Below are positions 9,621 through 20,680 of a DNA stretch of 24,684 nt, in pieces (position 1 is the stretch's first letter; each line of letters begins with the position of its first letter). The notes under the pieces were generated by a model. The model saw nothing but the letters and a program-made list of their open reading frames with translations. It had not been told where the DNA came from and did no database searches. The position numbers and the translations under genes were made by a program. The stretch is from Ascoidea asiatica JCM 7603 (lineage: Eukaryota > Fungi > Ascomycota). The stretch covers positions 159,648-184,331 of the forward strand of contig BCKQ01000007.1 in assembly GCA_001600695.1 (NCBI GenBank), read 5' to 3'.

Positions 9621-10776
9621 TTTTTATTGTGCAATTCTGCTCGAGAAAAAAACTAAGATTTGAAATTCTTAATTAAAAACCCTCTAGTTGAAAAATAGGA
9701 GTAAAATTATCGATTTAACCTGGTCATTTTTTACTAAAATATGAAAAGTCATTAGATCGAATTTTTTATTAGATTTATGTCAAGTTACTAATTGCTAATT
9801 TTTGATATAGAAAGGAATTTATTTTGTAACGCCGATAACTAAATGTTTCACTTGAAATAAATGGTCAGAATCTATACAGTTTTTTCAATAATCCAAGTAT
9901 CGAAAAGAATCTGAAAGTATGAGAGTGAAATTCAATATTGACTCTTTTTCTTGAAAGAAGAAAAAAAATAAGAAATCAGATCATTGATAAGAATACGAGT
10001 TTATATTGAACCTCTTGTAATATTTCCAATGAAAACGCCATAAAATAACGACATCCTAAAAACTTTCTCGAGAATTTCAGAAGATCCTATATTTGTTATA
10101 AATTAAAAAAAATTCGACTCCTCAAAGTTCAGGTATTGTATAATTGAATTCTCTTATTTAATTTCACTTTCTAAATATTTTTAACCTCAACAACACCAAA
10201 GTCAATCAAAGTCCAATTTAAAGTCATGGTGAATTTAAAAATGAAATAAACTATCAGAACACAAGAAAAGTGGAGAAAAAAGATCACCGATTTATTTACC
10301 TAAAATTCTCCTTTCAAGAATCTACTTCATTTTTCTTCTTTAGGTGATTATTTTTGATAACTGGGTATGTATATTTTAGAACAGTTCTTCTTGATTTAAA
10401 TATACATTGGCTTGTCTAATTAACCACTTTTTGTTTGAACCTTTTTATTTTGCCGGAGGAGATAAAAAATGTCTACCGTGCCGCCCAGAATTGAAGAAAA
10501 ATATTCTGAAATTACATCCAGCATCTACACAAATCATCTTGAATATTGAAAGTTGGTTATTCAATGAAAAAAAAACCAGCTGAAATAAAAAATAAAAAAA
10601 TAATCAATGAATAGTAATTGGATACTTGATTTAACAAGTTTAAAAAGAGGTCATTTTGAATTTGAAAGAGTTATTATAAATGCTGATATGATAGAAATAA
10701 GTGGTTGTATATTTTAGTTGATTAGTTAGAAATTTGACCAGAAGAAAAAAATCAACCATAGAGCAAAAAAAATATT

Positions 10777-13700
10777 ATGATAAATCATGCTCGAAATAAG
10801 GCAATTTATTTCCTTAAATCAAAAGCATTATCAAATACATCATCAATAAGTAATTCAAATACATTATTGTTATCTTTATCTTTATCTAGATCAAGTGTTC
10901 CTGTAAATAGAATTAATGAAATTTCTTATTCATTCAAATATAGAGTAAGGTTTTATTCACTTGTAAATATTAATAAGAATAAAATAAAAAAAGTCATTAT
11001 TCAAAATAAAGATAAGAAAAATAATAATAATTTTGATGTCAAAGAAATTAATGAATTCAATGGCTCAAGTAAACTTCAAAATTTAAACAAGTTTCTCAAA
11101 GATTATAATCCTGACAACTTTCATTTTAATAATATATTTTATCCCTCGAAAATCTTAAAACTCAAAAAATTATCTCAAATTATTGATAGTAATTTGGTTA
11201 AGATTTTAAAAAAAGTTAATATTGATACAGATTGTGGGTTTTTTATAAGTTCTTCATTGAATTTTAATGGTTTATCAGACTTCATATCAACTGATGAAAA
11301 AACTTTACTGCTCCTTTCAGATCATTTTAATAATTCGTTACCAATAGAAGGCTCAATTGTTCAATTCATTTATCAGGATAGGTTTGATTTTGGAATTGTG
11401 ATAAAAAATAATTCTGGTTTTTTCAATAATGATCTCAATAATTCAATAAAAATATTAACTATCAATAATAAAATTTTAACTCTTCAGAATTCATTTGACT
11501 CAATTTCTTTTCATCTATTTTCTGTTTTTAAAAAAGAATCGATAGAAAAAATCTTTTCTGATGAAAAATCTATAAATTCCAATATTTTTCCAAAAGAGAG
11601 ATTGTATCTAGTTTTTTTTCTTAATATTTTTTTCAAAAGTGCTTTGAAATATCAAAAGACTTTAATAAAGCCATTGATGGATCCGTTGCTAGCAAAATTC
11701 TCCTCGAATAATTTTCCAACCTATATAAATTTAATAACTTTGTTTGAATCTTTAAATTCATTACATGTATCTTCTAAAGAAAGTATTCAATACACTTTCA
11801 ACTCAAAAGAACTATTCAGTCTAATATTGTTGTTAGGTCTTCACTTAAAAATTATGAATGATCCAATAAATTTCAAAGTCGAGAAAAAACTGCAATCTTA
11901 TAGTACATGTGGTAATAATCATAATATATCTTCCAGATTTCTTCCTTATACAATATATTCTATTAACTCAACTCATAATGCAAAATTATTGAATATATCA
12001 ACAAAACTAAATAATCCAAATAATTTAAACTTAATACGGAAATTTACGAATGATTATATGAGTATCATTAAAAATGATCATAATGAAAATAATGATTTTT
12101 ATAAATGGCTAAATAATTCTATATTTCAAACAAAAGATAATATCTTATTTCACAACGCCATAATTTATCTTCTAAAATACTATATTATATATCCTCATTA
12201 TTATTTTAAGCCAATAATAAAACAATTACTATTACCTTTTTTCAAGAATTTCACTAAAAATACTTACAAAACAATGTCTGCATTTAAATTGAGTCCGTCA
12301 TTCGTTTATGAATTTTTAAGATATTTTGATATTTATAATGATAGCTCTGATATTTTCCTATCAACAAATTATATAATCAATCTAGAAAACTATAATATAA
12401 AATCTATATCCTCTTTGAATGAAATAAATAATTATTTGATGCTAACTGAAAAATCTGTTCCTAGACAAGTTGGGCTCCTAAATTTTTCAACATTATCAGA
12501 CAACGAATACCAGCAGATAAAAGATGATAATTTTAATCATATAAGAACCAAAAATGAATCCAATTTTTATCCGAAAAGAATATATGGACTACCTTCTCTT
12601 GCTTTTAAAGAATTGGATATTCCAGAAGAATTTTCTGACCTTGGTGTTTCGTTTGAAGTTGTGAATTCAAGAACTTGGCTTATAAATTTCCACATACCTG
12701 ATATTGGAAGCTTCATAACTCCAAATTCTAAAGTTTTTGTTGATTCATTAAAGTTGCCAGCATCAATAAAAAATATATTAGATAGTGATCCAACAATAAA
12801 TTATTTGCCAAAAGACTTAATACTTGAACGTTCTTTTAAATCCATGAAAGATTCCGAAGAAGAAGGCCAGAAATGTTTCACAGTTTCAATGATTTATAAA
12901 CCTTGGGAAAAATTGCCTTATCAAGTTGAGAATTTTCAGGTTAATATAACTCTTGAAAATCTTAAAAATATAAGAATGTTAACCTTTGAGGAATTAAGGA
13001 ATGTTATTGATAATAAAAATGAAATATCTAATCCATTAAATTTTTTTTCAACTACCCCAAATTCTGAAAATAGTGAAGATAAGCTCTCGAGAGAAGATAG
13101 AGAAGCTATTTATAATATTTACCAAGCTGTATATACAAAACATCAAGATCGGTTATATAATTATTCTTTAGAATCAAATCTTGAAGAAAATAATAGTAAG
13201 ATTTCCTTTGTTGAGACAGAAATTTCTGATTCTAATTCAAAGCTCAGTGTAAATTTTCAATATCCTAAAAATCAGATGGATTATGTTAAACAATATGATT
13301 TTACCCATTTTTTCTTAAAGGAGATCAAATTATTGATAAATGAATTGGTTTCAAGATTTTGTATTTCAAATCATATTCCCATGTATATTCATTCTCAACG
13401 AAACTTTAATTCCAGATATTTGAATGAATCTAATAAAAAATTGCAGGATGGAAGACAAATTAATCCGAAAAATCTTTCTTTATTGAAATATTTTGCAAGT
13501 GAATATGAACATTTCACTATGAGCAAAGATTACCTTGGAAAGGTAGAGCCAACTTTTTTTTTTTGTGGGTTGAATTATCTAGAAAAAGAAAGAGTTGTGT
13601 TTGATACATCTTCTGAAAAACAGATTTATAGTGATAGCTGTAGTGCTAATGAGAATGAAAATGATAATGAGAATAAAATTTATAATGAGAAAAATAATCA

Positions 13701-14421
13701 TAAAGAAGAATATAATCATGAAATCGAGGATGCTTTAGAGTTTAAATATGGGCATAAAAAGTTGGGATTATTATATGGATATATTAAATTTTCAAGCGTA
13801 TTTGAAAGTCTTGAAGAATTAATAAATCAATGGCAAATTTTACTATTTTTACAAAATAAATTCATTCATGAGACAATTAAAGAAACCAAAAGATTTCCAA
13901 ATTCACTTTCAATTAAAGATAAAGGTTATAAAAATAATTTATATGATTCTAATGAATTGAAAGAAATATATGAAAAGACAGTTGAAAATAGAAATCAAAT
14001 GGACTTAATATTAAGAGAAAAAATTAGGAAATACTGGACGTTAAAATGGATAGAAATGCAAGAAATGCCGAACAAAGTTGACTTTGATGGGGATGGAAAA
14101 ATTCAAAATCATGAAAACTTTGAGAATAAGAAAAATAAAATGCAGAATTATTTTAAAAGTAACTTTGTGAATAATCTAATTAATAATGAAAGAAAAGATT
14201 ACCAAAATCTTTATGAAAATTTCGATTTGAAAATTTTCAAATGTGTAATATTGAGCTCAGGTAAGTCTGGAGAATTGGTAAAAGCTTATTGTATGGAGTT
14301 GGGATTTGAAGTTGAAGTATTAATCAACATTGACAAAAAATTAATTATTGGTGATCAAATAATATGTGTTAAAATATTAAAGGTCGAGCCAATAAATGGT
14401 AGGTTAATTCTAATGATCTAG
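10777..14421 (+). CDS. Mitochondrial RNase II/RNB-family protein (Dss1/Cyt-4-like), probably catalytically degenerate, 1214 aa
   Basis: Basic, Ser-rich presequence-like N-terminus with RVRFYS. RNB landmarks occur in order: DDNFNHIR...IYGL...SDLGVS...FHIPD, KCFTVS, ELVSRFCISNHIPMY.HSQ, HKKLGL.YGY..FSS..ELINQWQI, RKYWTLKW, then an S1-like C-terminal beta-region. Confidence 0.75.
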   Translation: MINHARNKAIYFLKSKALSNTSSISNSNTLLLSLSLSRSSVPVNRINEISYSFKYRVRFYSLVNINKNKIKKVIIQNKDKKNNNNFDVKEINEFNGSSKLQNLNKFLKDYNPDNFHFNNIFYPSKILKLKKLSQIIDSNLVKILKKVNIDTDCGFFISSSLNFNGLSDFISTDEKTLLLLSDHFNNSLPIEGSIVQFIYQDRFDFGIVIKNNSGFFNNDLNNSIKILTINNKILTLQNSFDSISFHLFSVFKKESIEKIFSDEKSINSNIFPKERLYLVFFLNIFFKSALKYQKTLIKPLMDPLLAKFSSNNFPTYINLITLFESLNSLHVSSKESIQYTFNSKELFSLILLLGLHLKIMNDPINFKVEKKLQSYSTCGNNHNISSRFLPYTIYSINSTHNAKLLNISTKLNNPNNLNLIRKFTNDYMSIIKNDHNENNDFYKWLNNSIFQTKDNILFHNAIIYLLKYYIIYPHYYFKPIIKQLLLPFFKNFTKNTYKTMSAFKLSPSFVYEFLRYFDIYNDSSDIFLSTNYIINLENYNIKSISSLNEINNYLMLTEKSVPRQVGLLNFSTLSDNEYQQIKDDNFNHIRTKNESNFYPKRIYGLPSLAFKELDIPEEFSDLGVSFEVVNSRTWLINFHIPDIGSFITPNSKVFVDSLKLPASIKNILDSDPTINYLPKDLILERSFKSMKDSEEEGQKCFTVSMIYKPWEKLPYQVENFQVNITLENLKNIRMLTFEELRNVIDNKNEISNPLNFFSTTPNSENSEDKLSREDREAIYNIYQAVYTKHQDRLYNYSLESNLEENNSKISFVETEISDSNSKLSVNFQYPKNQMDYVKQYDFTHFFLKEIKLLINELVSRFCISNHIPMYIHSQRNFNSRYLNESNKKLQDGRQINPKNLSLLKYFASEYEHFTMSKDYLGKVEPTFFFCGLNYLEKERVVFDTSSEKQIYSDSCSANENENDNENKIYNEKNNHKEEYNHEIEDALEFKYGHKKLGLLYGYIKFSSVFESLEELINQWQILLFLQNKFIHETIKETKRFPNSLSIKDKGYKNNLYDSNELKEIYEKTVENRNQMDLILREKIRKYWTLKWIEMQEMPNKVDFDGDGKIQNHENFENKKNKMQNYFKSNFVNNLINNERKDYQNLYENFDLKIFKCVILSSGKSGELVKAYCMELGFEVEVLINIDKKLIIGDQIICVKILKVEPINGRLILMI

Positions 14422-14528
14422 ATTAATTTTTTTTTTTGAACTTGAATTTTTTCTGAATTTTTTTTTTGATATTTATAATGAATAATATTGAAAAAAAAAA
14501 AAATAATGTATAATATTCTATTAATTAG

Positions 14529-15500
14529 TTACCATCTTAAAGGTATCCATTTATTTTCTTTAGCTATATCTATAATTTGAGACTCGTCATATAATTCAAT
14601 AAATTGTTGATCTAAAGGTCTAACTTTGGGGGCAGCAAATCTTCTATATTCATCAAAAATCATTGTTAGAGACCAATTTTGTAATCTTCTTATACAACCA
14701 ACTAAGCAACCAGTTCTATGTTTACCTCTATTGCAATGAATTAAAAGTGGATGGTTATCAGGATTTAAAGCAATTTTCAATGCTTTTGTTATAATTTTCT
14801 GATCAATATTTACAAAAGGTTCTTTATTACCGGGCATTCCAATTTGAAAAAAATTTATATTATTTTTTTTTAAAAATTCTAAATTTTCAATTGGATAAGA
14901 TTCTGGGATTAAAACTAAGATTGATTTCAATTTTAACTTTTTTAAAAAATTGAAATTTTCAATTCTTGGAAATGAAGATCTATAGATTTCTCCAACTACT
15001 GGAGAAAAATTTTCTGGAGGTTGAAGTAATATTTTAAATCTTGGAATTTGAGTAGGCAAATTTGAAGTTGAAGTTAGTGGAGATAAAGATTTAGTTGATT
15101 CGGTGTAAATAGTTGATTTAAGTGATTTAGGTGATTTAGTTGAATTTACACTATTATTACTTTCTTTTATTTTATTCTTTATTTTATTTTCCAAAATAGA
15201 TTCATATTGACTATTATTATTGTGATTCAATATAATATTATCATTATCATAATCATCATCTAAAGTTAATTCATTCAAATCATCTTCCATATCAAATCTT
15301 AAATTCGAATTGATTGCATCTTCTAATTGATATTTTATTTTTGCAGTGTTTTTATTAATTTGGTTATCATTATTATTAAAGTTATTGCTACTTTGATTTA
15401 TATTAATAGTTTTATCAGTTCTATTTGTCTCGTTGGTGAAATCAAGAACATTATTATTAGATATGTTAGTCAAATAAGTATCATAATTGTGTACTTCCAT
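14529..15500 (-). CDS. SIW14: Siw14 inositol pyrophosphate phosphatase (atypical dual-specificity phosphatase), 323 aa
   Basis: PPENFSPVVGEIYRSSFPRIENF, catalytic HCNRGKHRTGCLVGCIR, WSLTMIFDEYRRFA.PK.R.LDQQFIE and C-terminal PLRW. Adjacent to an H3/H4 pair, as in S. cerevisiae. Confidence 0.95.
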   Translation of the reverse strand: MEVHNYDTYLTNISNNNVLDFTNETNRTDKTININQSSNNFNNNDNQINKNTAKIKYQLEDAINSNLRFDMEDDLNELTLDDDYDNDNIILNHNNNSQYESILENKIKNKIKESNNSVNSTKSPKSLKSTIYTESTKSLSPLTSTSNLPTQIPRFKILLQPPENFSPVVGEIYRSSFPRIENFNFLKKLKLKSILVLIPESYPIENLEFLKKNNINFFQIGMPGNKEPFVNIDQKIITKALKIALNPDNHPLLIHCNRGKHRTGCLVGCIRRLQNWSLTMIFDEYRRFAAPKVRPLDQQFIELYDESQIIDIAKENKWIPLRW

Positions 15501-16364
15501 TTTGAATATGAGCTAATTCTTGAATATACAAAGCAAAGTTATAATATTATAATATTTTATTGTGAGTTTTTGATGATTATTTGAAACTTTTTATTAAGAA
15601 AAGTTGATAATTTAGTATTAAATTAAGTTAGATTATGTTATATGTTGTATAATAAACTGCATCAGTACTATTCCTAAGTAAAGTATTGTCATTATCTGGC
15701 TAGCGATATTTTAGGAGCGATGAGAAGAGTAATCAAGGAGATTGGCTACACTTTATATGCTGTGCATAATACTATGGGCAGTAATAGTAATAGTAGTAGT
15801 ATATGTCAATCAGTATGTCAAAAGTTGTTATAATCCTGAGCTAAATATTACCAACCAGTAGCTGAATAAAAATATATATGAAGACAAGTTACTATTCTGA
15901 ACAAGAAGAATATGATTGGAATATTAAATAATTTTGATATTGGTTGTTCCTTCGGATTCAAGAGTGGTGAAGAAACCAAAGGTATCTTATTTTATATTTG
16001 CGAGCTAGTCTGATTTGGCAATTGGTATTCTGATATAATACGATATCGATATTGAAAAAATGGTTTATAAAAGGATATTATTAAAACAAACAATATCAGT
16101 TCATACCTATTAATTTATTTCTAACTAATAATATTGTTTTAGATTGTTGAAACAATAAAACTACATTTTTTTCTACTATTGACGTAATAAATTAATGAAT
16201 ATTCATTAAGATTGAAATATATATATATTTTTTTAATTTTTATTTATTTAAACTTATATAAGAAAGGAAATGATAATAATACAGATATTGAATAGAAGTT
16301 TATAGGAAAGAATTATAATATTTAAGGAAAAATAAAAAGAAGTTGAAAAAAAAAATCAATTTAA

Positions 16365-17990
<1,626 letters not shown>

Positions 17991-18175
17991 ATAAATTAAT
18001 GATTTATGTTTTTCTTTTTTTTCCCTATTTTTGTTTTATATTCCATTGTATATTAGTTATAAGTTTCATTTCAATAAAAAAAATATTTATTATTAAATTT
18101 TAGATTTTACTTTTATTTTTTTTATTAGTTTTGATGTATGAAAAAAAAAAAAAAACACCAAACAATTTCAAATTA

Positions 18176-18462
18176 TTAAGATCTTAGATAACGAACAGCC
18201 ATAATTAAACAACAAACAGCAACATATGGACTTAATCTTTCACCAATTCTTGCAAATTTCCAAAATATACCAAGTATTCCAGTTTTATTTCTATCTAATA
18301 AAGCTGGCCAAATTGAGTGAATATAAGTTGAAGTACAAATTAATAATAAAATTACTTGTAATAAAGCTTGAAAATTAAATAGTGCAGACTATTTATTTTT
18401 GTTAGAATTTATTCAATAGATTGAATTGAAATGAATTGAATTTACAAGAAGTAACATACCAT
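18176..18462 (-). CDS. KSH1: Kish/TMEM167 small secretory-pathway protein, 71 aa; join(complement 18460..18462, 18176..18388)
   Basis: Spliced product [71 protein letters not shown] has the Kish signature MSALFNF..LL.VILL.ICT..Y and [19 protein letters not shown]. Confidence 0.95.
18389..18459 (-). other. Spliceosomal intron (71 nt) directly after the KSH1 start codon
   Basis: ATG|GTATGT donor, branch point TTCTAAC (18407-18401), TAG|TCT acceptor. Confidence 0.93.
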
Positions 18463-19187
18463 TATTATTTCATTATTATAATAATTATTACAGTTATTGA
18501 TAGTATTAAATTATTATTCAAATTATTAATATTTATTTATCTTTAATCTATCATTTTGATTTATCTTCATTCATTATCACAGACAGCTTTATCTCTAACT
18601 GTTACATTTACAATTACAGTAAAATACTAAAGATTACGTAAGGTATTATGTATGGTTACCCTACTTTAAACATAAAGGATAAATTCTAGCTGCAAAACCA
18701 AATTTTTATTTTTAAAAGGTGCATTTTAATCAAGAGCAAAAGATAATCAATCAAAAGTAGCTAAGAACAATTCAGAAAAAAAAAATTGAAATCTACAAGA
18801 ATAAACAATAACTTTAATGAAAAGCGAAAGGATTTATATTAAAAATTGAAAAATCTAATAATAAATTAAAAAAAGAGTTTATAAGAGTTCGTTTGAATAA
18901 GGACAGAACATAAGAGCAAAATTAAATAAATAAATTTAAAAAATTTGAAATTTTAAAAATTTAAATAATAAATATTAAAGATAAGTGAGAAAAATTTAAT
19001 TGAATTTGAAAAATTGAATTAAAATTCTTGAAACGAATATATTAAAAGAATTAAAATTAACAATAGGATGTTATTATTATTATTATTGGAATTGAAATTT
19101 CATAGAACAAGTTTAAAATATTAATTTATTAAAGTAATAAAATAAATTGATAAAATATTAAAATACTAAAGATAATGAATATTAAAC

Positions 19188-19358
19188 TTATAATAATAAA
19201 GCGACACCAGCAGCAGCGGCAACACCTAATAAACCAACTTGGACGTTAGAAGCACCAGAATCAGTAGCGGTGGTGGTGTTAGAAGCATTTGAAACATTTG
19301 CAGCTTGAGCAGAAGCAATGATGGCTAATGAGGAAACAAAGACAGTAGAGAATTGCAT
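19188..19358 (-). CDS. 56-aa GPI-anchored secreted micro-glycoprotein, similar to S. cerevisiae YDR524C-B/YCL048W-A
   Basis: MQFSTVFVSSLAIIASAQAANVSNASNTTTATDSGASNVQVGLLGVAAAAGVALLL: signal peptide, three N-glycosylation sequons, small-residue omega site (S-G-A) and hydrophobic tail. Uses preferred C-ending codons and has an AAAATG context. Confidence 0.9.
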   Translation of the reverse strand: MQFSTVFVSSLAIIASAQAANVSNASNTTTATDSGASNVQVGLLGVAAAAGVALLL

Positions 19359-19559
19359 TTTGATTGATTAATTTGATTATTTGAATATTAGATTAGTTAT
19401 TATGTAAATTAACGGATGAGATAAATTCTTTGAGATATAGTCTTTGAATAGTGATATTAAAGGAAGAAGAAACGATTAGAAATTAAGGGAAAACAGTTGT
19501 AATAAATATTTTTGTGAAAAACAAACGAGAGGTTCACATTTTTATTCTGATAAAAATTT

Positions 19560-20680
19560 TTTATCTCAAAAGTGTCAATTTTTCAAAATGAAAGTAAGCT
19601 AAGCTGGTGAATGACAGTGCAGCATTTCAATAGTGTAGCAGTTAAAAATAACATATTCAGAATATTCAGTGTTACTTCACCACCCAAGATAAAACATACT
19701 CTAAAACAAAAAAAGTAAAGCTTAAACGTATCACAACAGGAAATTCCGGTAATCGGCACTGGCATTCCAGATTATTCCAGGAGGTTCTTTGCGTGCTCTT
19801 TGAATGTGGTGCAAGAAGTAATTAGCAGCATTAGTAACATCACTTATCTACTGACGAGACCATGGCCTTGGGTAAACAGAACAGTTCGCAGTGACTCTCC
19901 AATCTACAGGCAAAAAATACCCTCTAAATATAGAATAGATGGCTATAATTTTCAGACAGTAAACAAATACATTCAAAAACTAAATCCACTACACATAGCA
20001 CTCAGGTCCCTTAGAAATAGGAGGTATGACTAATATGTGACCAATAATACTCTCAATGAGGAAATACACATTACACAATTTCCTTGTTAAGTCTTTACGG
20101 ACGTACTATTGCGCGACAAAAGTGCACTGAACTTGTTACGGACACTACATTTTAAGTGCCTAACATATTTCCTCCGTTTGCATTTTCTTCAGTGGGGCGA
20201 TCCACTATTTTAAGGTGTTTGTATGCATAATAGTGCATTTGTTTTTTCAAAAAGCAATGTTTTCTCTCGAATAGAGGCTTAAAGTAAACAAACCACACAT
20301 TTTTCTTCAGAATCGTTGCCATAAAAAAACACGTAGACTTGGTCTCAAAAGGGAACCCAAATGAGTGATTTAGGACAACTTTTTGGGCGGCGTTATTGGT
20401 AATATTTACTACTATTGCACGGATCGTGTTTTTAGTGCACTCCGTCCGACATTCCGTAAGTTAGAAACTTCCCTCATAAACACGCTTTTCAAAATTCTTT
20501 CTGTGCAATGAACAGGAATTAATTTATAATAATCAGGCAGCATTACCCTGCTTGTTGGATGAAGTCGGAAGTGGTTTTTTTACAATGTAAATAACATGAT
20601 CAAACCTTATCTTTTAATTTATTTTATTCCTAAAGAGGAAACCTCGGTTATTTAGCTTTGGATTTGCCTCAAGTCACGCC
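19560..20680. promoter_or_regulatory. GC-richer upstream regulatory region of the GPI micropeptide gene, with clustered TGCA, TTACGGA and CATTCC motifs
   Basis: Locally elevated GC without a credible ORF; repeated short motifs read directly. Confidence 0.45.

Noticed and set aside
15327-15584. 85-aa plus-strand ORF
   Set aside because: Antisense to the SIW14 5' end and low complexity.
15717-15724. PAC-like GCGATGAG upstream of SIW14
   Set aside because: Single site with no adjacent RRPE, and SIW14 is not a ribosome-biogenesis gene. May be chance.
15878-16033. Possible C/D snoRNA (ATGAAGA with several CTGA) or short ORFs
   Set aside because: Imperfect C box, no terminal stem, and no rRNA-complementary guide recognised. 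The ORFs are 33 aa or shorter.
19583-20033. ORFs 19583-19765 (-) and 19800-20033 (+)
   Set aside because: Short, no motifs, and the second has a TTG start. They lie in the GC-richer promoter of the GPI micropeptide gene.
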